Source: Eledone cirrhosa
Lineage: Eukaryota
Assembly: GCA_964016885.1 (NCBI GenBank)
Contig: OZ024745.1
Location: 3,534,001 to 3,598,000, forward strand
Length of the DNA: 64,000 nucleotides
Direction: 5' to 3'
In this document: positions 46,267 to 63,181 of the stretch, piece by piece
Numbering within the stretch: position 1 is the first letter of the stretch
How the letters are laid out: the number at the start of each line of letters is the position of its first letter
Program-made: the position numbers and the translations under genes
Notes under the pieces: model-generated
Told to the model about the DNA's origin: nothing
Database searches by the model: none
The model's input: only the letters and a program-made list of their open reading frames with translations

Positions 46267-46484
46267 TATATTGAACTCCTTTAACCATCTTTTGATCTTA
46301 TATTATGCATACTCCAGTCCCACAAACTGTAGAGTGCTTCTTATCCGATTCTGCATTGCTTATTGTACTACAATAAAACTCACCTCCTACATATACATAT
46401 ATATATATACATATACATATATACATATATATATAGATATATATATATACATATATATATATACATATATATATAGATATATAT

Positions 46485-47048
46485 ATGGTGGCTGCCAACT
46501 CGTTTTCGAGTACGGCCACTACTTTATATCCATGTAGGAGAACCCCTACCGATGCGCTGAACGAGTGTGACTTTTTAGTCCAGCCAGCGACTTGAAAACT
46601 CTGGTACAAACACTACACTTGTGACAATTACTGACACATAGTGCTGGGCCCATGGTACCATGTGACGACAAGTGCAGAGAGATCTCCAGATATAAAGCAA
46701 TGCCTGTGCCGTGAAGCTTTTATAGTGAGCAAAGGCACTGCACAAAGCCAGTCCACTCTCTTAACCAAGATGATATTTACCAAAAAGAAGAACAAGTCAA
46801 CATCATTGGATACCATCAGGGTTGCAGGTGTTATATCAGAGTTTTCCTTCTCCTAGAATTCTGCCTTGACAAAGGCTAAGGGGTCATCTCTCCCGGTGAT
46901 TTTGGATGGCCATTGACTCTTAAGAGCTCCTTTGCCCTTTGACAGGTTTTGTTTTTAGTCTGCAGGATGTCCAAAGTCACCCTCCTCACCAAGAAACCTT
47001 GGTGGGGTTGCCAGGTTTAGTCGCCAACGACCCGACCATGGGACAGGT
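46485..47048 (-). mobile_element. Element X, slightly 5'-truncated, with ~115-bp target-site duplication
   Basis: Flanks 46372-46486 and 47050-47164 are identical. Confidence 0.87.
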
Positions 47049-47590
47049 AAATAAAACTCACCTCCTACATATACATATATATATATACATATACATATAT
47101 ACATATATATATAGATATATATATATACATATATATATATACATATATATATAGATATATATATATACATATATATATATACATATATATATATACATAT
47201 ATATATACATATATATATATACATATATATATATACATATATATATACATATATATATATACATATATATATATACATATATATATATACATATATATAT
47301 ATACATATACATATATATATATACATATACACATATATATATATACATATATATATACATATATATATATACATATATATATACATATATATATATACAT
47401 ATACATATATACATATATATATATATACATATATATACATATATATATATACATATACATATATACATATATATATATATACATATATATACATATATAT
47501 ATATATACATATATATACATATACATATATATACATATATATACATATATATACATATACATATATATACATATATATACATATATATAC

Positions 47591-47627
<37 letters not shown>

Positions 47628-47640
47628 CATATATATATAC

Positions 47641-47673
<33 letters not shown>

Positions 47674-47928
47674 CACATATATATATATATACACATATAT
47701 ATATACACATATATATATACACATATATATATACACATATATATATACACATATATATATACATATATATATATATACACACATATATATATACACATAT
47801 ATATATACATATATATATACATATATATATATACATATATATATATACATATATATATATACATATATATATATACATATATATATATACATATATATAT
47901 ACATATATATATACATATATATATATAC

Positions 47929-47977
<49 letters not shown>

Positions 47978-47998
47978 CATACATACATATATATACAT

Positions 47999-48451
47999 AT
48001 GGTGGCTGCCAACTCGTTTTCGAGTACGGCCACTACTTTATATCCATGTAGGAGAACCCCTACTGATGCGCTGAACGAGTGTGACTTTTTAGTCCAGCCA
48101 GCGACTTGAAAGCTCTGGTACAAACACTACACTTGTGACAATTATTGACACATAGTGCTGGGCCCATGGTACCATGTGACGACAAATGCAGAGAGATCTC
48201 CAGATATAAAGCAATGCCTGTGCCGTGAAGCTTTTATAGTGAGCAAAGGCACTGCACAAAGCCAGTCCCACTCTCTTGACCAAGATGATATTTACCAAAA
48301 AGAAGAACAAGTCAACATCATTGGATACCATCAGGGTTGCAGGTGTTATATCAGAGTTTTCCTTCTCCTAGAATTCTGCCTTGACAAAGGCTAAGGGGTC
48401 ATCTCTCCCGGTGATTTTGGATGGCCATTGACTCTTAAGAGCTCCTTTGCC
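47999..48451 (-). mobile_element. Element X, 5'-truncated
   Basis: 3' ~450 bp of element X in a TA array. Confidence 0.85.
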
Positions 48452-48478
48452 TATACATATATATATATATATACATAC

Positions 48479-48519
<41 letters not shown>

Positions 48520-48524
48520 CATAC

Positions 48525-48707
<183 letters not shown>

Positions 48708-48708
48708 C

Positions 48709-48757
<49 letters not shown>

Positions 48758-48792
48758 CATATATATACATATATATATATATATATACATAC

Positions 48793-48825
<33 letters not shown>

Positions 48826-48928
48826 CATACATATATATATATACATATATATATATACATATATATATATATACATATATATATATACATATATATACAT
48901 ATATATATACATATACATATATATATAC

Positions 48929-48959
<31 letters not shown>

Positions 48960-49278
48960 CATATATATATATATACATATATATATATACATATATATAT
49001 ATACATATATATATACATATATATATATACATATATATATATACATATATATATATACATATATATATATACATATATATATATACATATATATATATAC
49101 ATATATATATATACATATATATATACATATATATATATACATATATATATATACATATATATATATACATATATATATATACATATATATATATACATAT
49201 ATATATATACATATATATATATACATATATATATATACATATATATACATATATATATATATACATATATATACATAC

Positions 49279-49309
<31 letters not shown>

Positions 49310-49343
49310 CATATATATATATACATATATACATATATATACA

Positions 49344-49437
<94 letters not shown>

Positions 49438-49480
49438 TATACATATACATATATATATATATATATACATATATATATAC

Positions 49481-49533
<53 letters not shown>

Positions 49534-49542
49534 CATATATAT

Positions 49543-49575
<33 letters not shown>

Positions 49576-49842
49576 TATATACATATATATATACATATAT
49601 ACATATATATATATATACATATATATATACATATATACATATATATATATACATACATATATATATACATATATACATATATATATATACATACATATAT
49701 ATATATACATACATATATATACATATATATATACATACATATATATACATATATATATACATATATATATACATATACATATATATATACATATATACAT
49801 ACATATATATATACATATATACATATATATATATACATATAT

Positions 49843-49873
<31 letters not shown>

Positions 49874-49973
49874 CATATACAACGAAGGAAATGTGGTAAG
49901 GAATCAGGTGGACCATAACGCACCAAAGTACTCAATACTTGAGGTAGTAGAGTGGGTAATAGGAACCAGTAAG

Positions 49974-50067
49974 ACCCCGACAGCTGAGCTCAAGCCGTTT
50001 CGACGGCTAATTCTGGACTAAATGAAAATTTATCCTGGTATTTAAATAGCCGATCTTCTCAAGGGGT
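49974..50067 (-). ncRNA. Type I hammerhead ribozyme, U3-A8 core variant
   Basis: Reverse complement of 52574-52667. Stem II has G-C where the other copy has G-U. Confidence 0.8.
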
Positions 50068-51180
50068 AATTCCATATATGGTCAAAGTGATTGTCAAAAA
50101 TCAGTAGTAATTCTGTGGTTGCAAATTAGTAGGGGAGATGGTGGCTAAACCTGCCAGTAGGAGAAAGAGGGGAGGGGGTGGAGTAGACCCAATCAAGCGT
50201 TGGTAGTGCCAGCTACAGCTGGGCATGAGGTCAAAGAAGATACAGGGGAGGGGGAGGAAGTCGGAACGGTAGGTAGAACAATGGGGGGTAGAGATATATA
50301 GGAAAGAAAAAATACTGAGAGTGAAGAAAAGCAAATAAGTGTAAAGAAAAAAGTAAAGTAAATTAAATTCTACGACCTAGGTCTCTAGCTATTGTTAGGC
50401 TAGAATAAATAAATAAATAAAGAAAGAAAGAAAGAAGTAAAGAAAGAAATAAAGAAATAACGAAATAAGTAAAAGAACTAGGTGGGATGGAATAGGCAAG
50501 GACCCTTTTAAGAGGTATAAGTACGTAAATGATACGGTGACGGGTCAACAAATGGGGCCAAAATACTAAAGAGACTACCACGAAATAAACAATAAAGGTT
50601 TCCATCCCGGGCACAATGCCAGCAACCACCCAGTGCAGCAAAGTGAACTAGTACGAGATAATAATTCTGAGTCCCGAGAAAAATATATACTAATGCTAAC
50701 TCTAAAAGATCTAAAACAAGCTACATGAAAGTTCGTACGAAGCAAAGGTAGAATACGGAAAAATAAATTCAGAATCCACCCCGCCCAAAAGAAAAGCGAA
50801 GAAAGAAATACTGAAACGAAAAAATAAGGCATAAGTGCCACTAAGAAATATAGAGGGCACAGAGAATAGTGGGAGCGGTCGGAAAAAGGGGACAAGTATC
50901 CGGGGTCTAAACCAACTGCTATAAAGGGCGGAGTCCGCCAAATCTATCATAGACTAGGGGAGGGGGTGGGGGTACTAAGGCTACAAGGGGCCAAAGGGCA
51001 GCCTCGGGTGGGCGAGAAAAGACGCCGACAAAGGAGAAGAGCTGGGGTAGAAGGACTAAGGAGAGAGGGGGGAAGGAAATAAAGGAAGCGATAAAAGAAT
51101 ACAAATAAGATCTTACGTCTCCCTTGGCAAGCAGGGGTTACCCATTGCAAAATCGGCAAGTGGGGTGTTATAGCCCTAGT

Positions 51181-52097
51181 CTACCCCCCCGGGTCATTAT
51201 GGGGTTTGAGGGCGAGGTAAGTCCTACGCAATCTATGTTTACATGCAGTAACCAGTTCATCTTTCTTGTTTAGGAGTTGGTCCGTCGAAAACAGCATTAG
51301 TAAAGTTTCCTCCGAGCATAAATTGCACGGACGGCGTCCTCCCGTGTAAGAATTGGCTCTGGACAGTAATCTCCAAGTGAGATCATAGGTGATGTTGTTG
51401 TCCTTGAGGTCCCGTATGTGGCCCGAAAGTGTAGTGGCGTGACGCCGGGCCGGGTTTCGGAAGGTATGTCTATGTTGGTATAGCCGGGTCTTGAAGTCAC
51501 ATGCGGTAAGTCCTATATAGGCTTTGTTGGAGGTATCCGTCCTCACGTTGCACTGGTAGATCACATTACGGTCTCTGCATCTATTGTCGAGTGGGCAAAT
51601 AGATCTATCCGGGCAGTTACACCTCCTGGTCGGTTCTCCACTGCTATTTAGGTTATTTCTGCCATCGGGGTTGAGTTTTTTGTTGTTAGAGGAGACGATG
51701 TTTTGTGCGAAGTTTGGTGTAGTGCTGTAAGAGAGTTTGATGGTATTTTTGTTAATTATGTTGTGGTAGCGGTGTTGTAATGGGAAGTGTTTTTCAATGA
51801 GCCTAAAGAATAGTTTCCCGATGGGAGTTGTCACCTCTGCGTTGTGGGGAGGATTGAACCATGTTACATTGCGTGAGCGGCGGTGTCTCCTGCTGGTTCC
51901 GCTAATGGGAGCTGAACAGTAGGATATTTCCTCCCGGAAACCACTCCGCTTGAGGGCCTGGTTGTAATAAGGCGCATGTTCATCGAATATCCGCTCATTA
52001 GCTGACAAACGGGATATGCGGAGGGAGATGTTTTTGACCAGGTTGTTAGTGATGTTCCTAGGATGGTTTGATCGGCGGTGGATGTAGTGCAGATAGT
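51181..52097 (-). CDS. PLE C-terminal fragment (thumb, CxCx5C linker, GIY-YIG endonuclease)
   Basis: SNHP, WFNPP, CNCPDRSICPL, NVIYQC...AYIGLT, FKTRLYQH, CNLCSEE, CKH. Confidence 0.88.
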
Positions 52098-52573
52098 TGA
52101 CCCGTCACCGTATCATTTACGTACTTATACCTCTTAAAAGGGTCCTTGCCTATTCCGTCCCACCTAGTTCTTTTACTTATTTCGTTATTTCTTTATTTCT
52201 TTCTTTACTTCTTTCTTTCTTTATTTATTTATTTATTCTAGCCTAACAATAGCTAGAGACCTAGGTCGTAGAATTTAATTTACTTTACTTTTTTCTTTAC
52301 ACTTATTTGCTTTTCTTCACTCTCAGTATTTTTTCTTTCCGATATATCTCTACCCCCCATTGTTCTACCTACCGTTCCGACTTCCTCCCCCTCCCCTGTA
52401 TCTTCTTTGACCTCATGCCCAGCTGTAGCTGGCACTACCAACGCTTGATTGGGTCTACTCCACCCCCTCCCCTCTTTCTCCTACTGGCAGGTTTAGCCAC
52501 CATCTCCCCTACTAATTTGCAACCACAGAATTACTACTGATTTTTGACAATCACTTTGACCATATATGGAATT

Positions 52574-52667
52574 ACCCCTTGAGAAGATCGGCTATTTAAA
52601 TACCAGGATAAATTTTCATTTAGTCCAGAATTAGCTGTCGAAACGGCTTGAGCTCAGCTGTCGGGGT
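52574..52667 (+). ncRNA. Type I hammerhead ribozyme, U3-A8 core variant
   Basis: ACCCC-TTGAGAA-GA(T)CGGCTA/TAGCTGTC-GAAA-CGGCT/AGCTG-TC-GGGGT. Confidence 0.8.
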
Positions 52668-52692
52668 CTTACTGGTTCCTATATACATATAC

Positions 52693-52723
<31 letters not shown>

Positions 52724-52959
52724 CATATATACATACATATATATATATATATACACATATATATATATACATATACACATATATATACATACATATATAC
52801 ATACATATATACATATACATACATACATATATATATACATACATACATATATACATACATACATACATACATATATACATATACATACATACATATATAC
52901 ATACATATATACATATACATACATACATATATATATACATACATACATATATACATACA

Positions 52960-52995
<36 letters not shown>

Positions 52996-53467
52996 TACAT
53001 ATATATATACATACATACATATATACATACATACATATATATATACATACATACATATATACATACATACATATATATATACATACATACATACATATAC
53101 ATACATACATATATACATACATACATATACATACATACATACATATATACATACATACATATATATATATACATATATATATATACATACATACATATAT
53201 ATATACATATATATACATACATACATATATATATACATATATATACATACATACATATATATATACATATATATACATACATACATATATATATACATAC
53301 ATATATATATATATACATATATATATACATATATATACATACATACATATATATATACATATATATACATACATACATATATATATACATACATATATAT
53401 ATATATACATACATACATATATATATACATATATATATACATACATATATATATATACATATATATA

Positions 53468-56003
53468 TGACAGGGAAGCTGTGGAATCGCTTCTTGACTT
53501 CATGGATGATTTCTTCCTATCCCAACTAGTGCTCGAACCAACGAGGTGCCACAAAAACGTCCTAGACTTAATTTTCAGCAATCACACTGACAATATCCAC
53601 AATATTGCAGTGGAGAAAACTCTACTCTCTGATCATGACATGGTTCTCTGTGATCTGAGATTCCACCGTCCAATATACAAACCCAATGTCATTTCTCCTG
53701 TCCATCCGTTTGACGCTATGGATTTCCACAATGCAAACTGGGAAGCGATCAGTCATGATCTTGCACATGTCGACTGGTCCTTCACGCACACTCATACACC
53801 CACTAACATCAAAAAGTCCTGGCAGACATTTGTGGACACTGTTACAAACATATGTGCTAAACACACCCCATTAAGAACTATAAACAAATCTAAGAGCAGA
53901 ATCCCTAGAAATAGAAAAACGCTCATCAGAAAAATTAAGAGAACGAACAAAAAAATCAACAATCTGAAATACTGTCAGCAGCAACACATCAACTTGACTG
54001 CCATTTCATCACTAGAGATTAAAAAACATAACCTCCAAAACAACATAATGTCCCTCATCAACAATCAGAGAAGAGCTGAAGAGGCCTGGGCCATTGAGAA
54101 GATCAAACTCAATCCCAAAGTGTTCTTTTCATTTGCAAAAAAACACAAAATCACTGGCTCTACTGTTGGCCCTCTAATTGATGAAAATGGCACTCTTCAA
54201 GACAATGCTAAAACTATGGGTGAGATACTGCAGAAACAATACTGCTCTGTTTTCAGCAATCCTGATATGGCCGATCTGGGCTGTATCGGCGATGTTACTC
54301 CCCATTACACCTTATCGGACATAACGTTTGGCGCCCCTGATGTCTTGGCGGCAATAAAGGAAATCAAGCATAATTCAGCAGTAGGTCCCGATAGGTTCCC
54401 TGCTTGTGTCTTGAAGGCGTGTCAACACCAACTTGCTTCTCCTCTTGCCAATCTGTGGCGGAACTCACTGGATGCTGGATATGTGCCAGAAAACCTTCTA
54501 TCCCAGTCTGTTGTCCCAGTTTTCAAAAAGGGAAACAAATCCCTTGCCGTGAATTACCGTCCAATCTCACTCACCTCTCATATCATTAAGGTATTTGAGC
54601 GAGTGGTGAGATCGCGAATGACCCACTTCCTTGAGAGTAACAATATGCTGAACTCCAACCAGCATGGATTCCGTAATGGAAGGGATTGCCTGACGCAACT
54701 ACTGCATCACTTTGATGACATTTTGAGAGCCTTGGGAGAGGGTTCCAACACTGATGTTATCTACCTTGATTTCAGCAAGGCCTTTGACAGGGTTGATCAT
54801 AACATTCTACTGAGAAAGCTGTCCAATATTGGTGTCACTGGAAAGCTGCTGCAGTGGATCAAGAGCTTCCTGTCAAACAGAACCCAACATGTTGTAGTTG
54901 AGGGAGTCAAATCAAGCCCAGCCAAAGTCAGTAGTGGAGTCCCACAAGGCACTGTGTTGGGCCCACTTCTCTTCATCATCTATATTAATGACATCACTGA
55001 CATCATCAAACACAGCAACATTAAAATTTTCGCTGATGATTCCAAGCTCCAAAAGGTCATCAATGGCGTGGATGACCGGATAAGCCTTCAGTCAGACCTA
55101 CTGGCTGTTACCCAATGGGCAGAAAAGAACAACATGTTACTGAACGAAGACAAATTCGAACTGATCCACTTTGGAAAAGAGGATGCTCTGAAACTCCCGT
55201 ACTCCCTTCCCTCCGGGGAAACTCTCGTGGCATCTAACAACATCAGAGACTTGGGAGTAACCGTGGACAGCAACATAAGCTGGACCACGCATATAAGCAG
55301 CAAAGTTGACATGGCCCGCAGAATGTGTTCCTGGATCCTCAGAACCTTCCAGTCGAGAGATTCCCGCACCATTATCCTTCTCTTCTCTACTTTCGCCCGA
55401 CCACACCTTGAATACTGTTGTCCACTGTGGTCTCCCCACACGAAACAAAGTATCATGAAACTTGAAGCTCCTCAAAGGGCAATCACGAAAAAGATAGATG
55501 GCATGTCAGACCTTGACTACTGGGGTCGATTGGAAAACCTGAAACTTTACTCACTCCAACGTCGCCGTGAGCGTTATATTATCTGCATGATGTGGAAAAT
55601 GTTCCATCATCACTGCCCAAATGATGTTGGCATCGCCTTCAAGATACACCCAAGGCTTGGGCCCCGTGCTATCCGTCCCATTCAAAAATCTAAATCGCAA
55701 CTCATAACAACAATACGGCACAATTATTTCACCTCAATCGGCCCTGCTCTCTTCAACATCACACCAGGACACGTCAAAACAGAAACTGACCACACAAAAT
55801 TCAAGAAGTCTTTGGACAAATTCCTCCAAGTAATCCCGGACAAACCACCCACACCCGGATATGTCTCCGCAAACAGTAATTCTGTTCTCGAATGGGCCAT
55901 GGTGCCCAAATTCTGAATTGAAAGACTTCGCCAGGTGGTGCTATTAAGTTAGACATGGCCTGGGCCAATACTGGCCAAAACATTTCAAAGTTATTCAAAG
56001 TTA
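53468..56003 (+). mobile_element. CR1-group LINE, 5'-truncated
   Basis: ORF2 fragment, short 3'UTR and (TTCAAAGTTA)2 terminal repeat. TA arrays on both sides. Confidence 0.85.
53481..55916 (+). CDS. CR1-group ORF2 (APE C-terminus + reverse transcriptase)
   Basis: [63 protein letters not shown]. Open for 811 aa. Confidence 0.9.
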   Translation: MESLLDFMDDFFLSQLVLEPTRCHKNVLDLIFSNHTDNIHNIAVEKTLLSDHDMVLCDLRFHRPIYKPNVISPVHPFDAMDFHNANWEAISHDLAHVDWSFTHTHTPTNIKKSWQTFVDTVTNICAKHTPLRTINKSKSRIPRNRKTLIRKIKRTNKKINNLKYCQQQHINLTAISSLEIKKHNLQNNIMSLINNQRRAEEAWAIEKIKLNPKVFFSFAKKHKITGSTVGPLIDENGTLQDNAKTMGEILQKQYCSVFSNPDMADLGCIGDVTPHYTLSDITFGAPDVLAAIKEIKHNSAVGPDRFPACVLKACQHQLASPLANLWRNSLDAGYVPENLLSQSVVPVFKKGNKSLAVNYRPISLTSHIIKVFERVVRSRMTHFLESNNMLNSNQHGFRNGRDCLTQLLHHFDDILRALGEGSNTDVIYLDFSKAFDRVDHNILLRKLSNIGVTGKLLQWIKSFLSNRTQHVVVEGVKSSPAKVSSGVPQGTVLGPLLFIIYINDITDIIKHSNIKIFADDSKLQKVINGVDDRISLQSDLLAVTQWAEKNNMLLNEDKFELIHFGKEDALKLPYSLPSGETLVASNNIRDLGVTVDSNISWTTHISSKVDMARRMCSWILRTFQSRDSRTIILLFSTFARPHLEYCCPLWSPHTKQSIMKLEAPQRAITKKIDGMSDLDYWGRLENLKLYSLQRRRERYIICMMWKMFHHHCPNDVGIAFKIHPRLGPRAIRPIQKSKSQLITTIRHNYFTSIGPALFNITPGHVKTETDHTKFKKSLDKFLQVIPDKPPTPGYVSANSNSVLEWAMVPKF

Positions 56004-59558
<3,555 letters not shown>

Positions 59559-59727
59559 AAGAATTAATATCTAGTAACATATATATACATACAGATGCAT
59601 ATCAATGCTAGCAAATATATAGGTTTTGTCTTAGTAACTTTGTGGTTCAATGCATAGGGTTGCAGAACAATAATATGAGAGACGTAAAATAAGAAAATTA
59701 TAAAATTAACTTACTTACTAAAATATC

Positions 59728-59809
59728 ACTTCCAACTAATTAGTTTCTGGAATGGAATAAATATATTTTCCGAAGAAAACACCGAGAAGCATTCCGTCGT
59801 CAGGGAAGT
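59728..59809 (-). ncRNA. Type I hammerhead ribozyme
   Basis: Reverse complement of 60075-60156. Confidence 0.72.
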
Positions 59810-60074
59810 CTATTCTCATCCAAGTATCCAGGCAAAGCGTGGACACTGGAAACTTATTAAAAAATAATTCAGTGGATAGAAAATAGCAAAGCGTGGACTG
59901 AATTCCTAGCCATTGAGAAAATCACTGCCTCTGCGTCGGTGGCAAATTCAAAAAGAATCAATCACGTAACATCGAGGTCAATCAGTGGAAAGTGGTTTGC
60001 TCATAAGACAGCGGCCTGCCTGCTTAATAGGTTTCCAGTGTCCACGCTTTGCCTGGATACTTAGATGAGAATAG

Positions 60075-60156
60075 ACTTCCCTGACGACGGAATGCTTCTC
60101 TGTATCTTCTTCGGAAAATATATTTATTCCATTCCAGAAACTAATTAGTTGGAAGT
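60075..60156 (+). ncRNA. Type I hammerhead ribozyme
   Basis: ACTTCC-CTGACGA-(C)GGAATG/CATTCC(A)-GAAA-CTAATTAG (palindrome)-TT-GGAAGT. Confidence 0.72.
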
Positions 60157-60207
60157 GATATTTTAGTAAGTAAGTTAATTTTATAATTTTCTTATTTTAC
60201 GTCTCTC

Positions 60208-60256
<49 letters not shown>

Positions 60257-60297
60257 TAATATATAAGAACAAAAGATGGTTAAAAGAGTTCCATGTA

Positions 60298-60364
60298 TTT
60301 TATTATGCGCATTTCAAAAACAAATATCATCATGCAATAATATTTGTGTTTTCATCAGATAAAA
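60298..60364 (-). ncRNA. Type I hammerhead ribozyme (same family as 46200-46266)
   Basis: Minus strand TTTTAT-CTGATGA...GAAA-TGCGCA-TA-ATAAAA. Confidence 0.75.
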
Positions 60365-60720
60365 TAGGAAGACATGATATGAAGGTTAAAAAACACTTGT
60401 GGATAGTGCAGTTTTAAATTAACATATGAAAAGTAGTTTTAGATTGATGTGTGATATTGGGGAAAATAATTTTTTATGGGGCGGGGGGGTGAAAAAGAGG
60501 AGGAGATGAGAGTAAAAAGTGAAGAGGGAGGAGTATAATGAGGAAGGATGAGATAGGAGGAGAGATGGGTGATAGAGAGAGAGAGATAGCTTTTATAACT
60601 GAGATAAATATATTGTTTTACATAGAGAGGTTGAAAAACCGTTGGAAGATAATGTATAAATTAAAAGAATTTGAAAATTAACGAAGAGAAAAATAATGTA
60701 AAGTTAAGGTTTGTATATTG

Positions 60721-60888
60721 AAGGGTTTAATAATATGTGCGATGAAAAGAAAATGTTAATATGTATTAAGAATAATATTTAAGGGTTTAATAATATGTGC
60801 GATGGAAGGAAAATGTTAATATGTATTAAGAATAATATTTAAGGGTTTAATAATATGTGCGATGGAAAGAAAATGTTGATATGTATTA
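60721..60888. repeat. 60-bp tandem repeat, ~3 copies, in PLE 3'UTR
   Basis: AAGGGTTTAATAATATGTGCGATG... at 60721, 60781 and 60841. Confidence 0.9.
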
Positions 60889-61568
60889 TTAAAAAGAACA
60901 AGTAATGTAGGTAAGGATATATTGTGAGATGAGCATGAGTAAGTTAGATGAAAGGGAGAAAAAAATAATGAATTGAGGATGAATAATCTAACGTCAAAAA
61001 ATGTTTATGTTTACGAAGGATTTTTGTAAGGTGATATAAAGTAAGAATATATTGTATTGTGTAATAATTGTTTCTATGTTAGGCAACAGTGAGAAAAGGT
61101 ACAGATTAGGGGTTAGACATTAAAAGAAAAAGAGAAGAAAGGGAAATGATAAATAGGAGTGACATAGAATGAGTAACAAGTATTATATAATGTATAATAA
61201 ATAACTTTGAAATAAGGTAGAAAGATGGGTATATTTTTAAAGAAGTATATATATATATGTGCCTTTGAGAAAAAGATTCTAAATTGATAAAGTTTTGGAT
61301 ATTAGCTGTATACTTTGTGGAATGTTTTGTGGAATTTATGCAAGCAGAGAGAAAACAAGTCAGTGCGTCTATTTATTATAGAATCTAAATTAGATATAAT
61401 GGTAAATTTTTCATTTAGACAGAGATTGCAAATCTTGGATAGAGAACTGTTCAAGTATGGAGACGCAGAAGAAACCTTTTTCCAAAAGATGCTATATTTA
61501 ATATTTTTGTCTTTCAAGGACCATATGAGTTCTGAGAGAGCCGTGTTGGTTCTTTTAAGTTTGTATTT

Positions 61569-63181
61569 AGTAAAGCCATCTTGGATAGAATTATCCCACA
61601 GGTTCGTTCTAATTGCTCTTCTTTGAACTTAAATTTATGGCTGGTTCAACAAATTGAATAATAAAAACAAACTAAAATTTGTTCAATTTGATATTGCCAG
61701 CTACTATTCTTCTATTTCGCCTTCACTTCTCAATAATGCTCTATCTTTCGCACTTAAATATTCTGACATCACCACAGACGCACGTAAAACCATCCTAGAG
61801 TTCAACAATGAATATTGGACCAGAGCCGATACCTCTAACAACTTCGACATCACAATGGGAGCATCCGATTCATCCCAATTGACAGATTTAATTGGTATCT
61901 TTATTTTGAACTCTTTGAGTCGGAAAATTCCTCAACTTCGCGGTGGAATTTATCGTGACGATGGACTCTTTACTATCTTAAATTGCAACATAGTTAACCT
62001 TAATATTATTAAGAACAATATACGTAATCTCTTTAACCAACATAACCTAAAAATTGAATTTGATAACAGCATCAAACTAGCTAATTTCTTGGATGTATCT
62101 CTTAATCTTGACACTGGCCTATATTACCCTTACCATAAAAACAATGAGAACCTAAATTATGTTAATTTTAAATCTAACCATCCTACTAATATCAAGAATG
62201 CTATAGTTAGTAATATTGGAAAAAGAATATATAACCTATCTTCTAATAAAAACATCTTTGATGCTAACGCCAATTACTATAATAACGCGCTTTCTAAAGC
62301 CGGCTATCCTGATAAAATCAAATATAGTAAAGAAACAAATTCTAGAAGATCTTACAGTAGAATAATTAATCATGATCATTCCAATAACTTTAATAAAAGA
62401 CCTAGATACAAAAACATAATCTGGTATAATGCTCCTTTCTCCATCTCTATTAATAATAATATTCCTAAATTATTCTTTAGTGCCTTAAATAAATGCTTCC
62501 CTCCCTCACATATCTATAGTAAAATATTTAACAAACACACTATAAAATTTTCCTATTCGACATCCTCCAACATTTCCAACATTATCTCTAAACACAACAA
62601 TAAAATACTAAATCTCTTCCTTCCAACACTGAATATCATAATAATAGTACTCCCGACGTCATTGTTAACTCTAGGCTAATTTCTGCAAACCCAAATACAA
62701 CGTCAAACACAACTTCGCTAAATGTTCTTAATCCCATTCTAAATCAAGAAACTATTATTCCTATCGCAAATAACTTCTCCAATCCAATTCCTTCTATAGA
62801 TAACACTAGGTCACTCGTTAATAATCTCTCTAATCGCAATTGCAATTGCCCTGTTAAAAATAAATGTCCTCTCAACAACCATTGTCTTGATAAAAACTTA
62901 ATTTACGAATGTAAAGTTATAACTGACACCAATTCCTTCACCTATTTTGGCTCCACTTCCACCTCTTTTAAAGCTCGTCTTTATAACCATCATTCGTCTT
63001 TTAAATACAAACTTAAAAGAACCAACACGGCTCTCTCAGAACTCATATGGTCCTTGAAAGACAAAAATATTAAATATAGCATCTTTTGGAAAAAGGTTTC
63101 TTCTGCGTCTCCATACTTGAACAGTTCTCTATCCAAGATTTAAAATCTCTGTCTAAATGAAAAATTTACCATTATATCTAA
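61569..63181 (+). pseudogene. PLE RT + GIY-YIG, frameshifted
   Basis: SKAILDRI, FDIASYYSSI, ITMGAS, IYRDD, NFLDV, SNHP. A later frame gives CNCPVKNKCPL and LIYEC...YFGST. TGC>TAA at ~63141. Confidence 0.87.

Larger units (their letters stand above)
44500..46306. repeat. ~1.8-kb palindrome made of PLE 3'UTR/pseudo-LTR
   Basis: ~900-bp arms, centre AAAAAGATTTAT-G-ATAAATCTTTTT at 45395. Homologous to 60255-60990. Confidence 0.9.
49882..52682 (-). mobile_element. Penelope-like element (Naiad-type), 5'-truncated with inverted pseudo-LTR
   Basis: ~590-bp inverted repeats 49959-50549 and 52096-52682 around a thumb-linker-GIY-YIG coding region. Confidence 0.9.
59559..60211. mobile_element. Non-coding PLE-type remnant: ~188-bp inverted repeats each with a hammerhead
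   Basis: 59673-59860 is the reverse complement of 60024-60211. Confidence 0.75.
60255..63181 (+). mobile_element. Penelope-like element (Naiad-type) with inverted 3' segment, interrupted by RTE
   Basis: Minus part 60255-61569 (GIY-YIG C-terminus, 3'UTR, hammerhead). Plus part 61569-63181 (RT to GIY-YIG). 61390-61569 is the reverse complement of 63002-63181. Confidence 0.88.

Noticed and set aside
63135-63145. Selenocysteine recoding at a Cys position in a Naiad-type PLE
   Set aside because: The stop is TAA, not TGA, and the inverted copy retains TGC.
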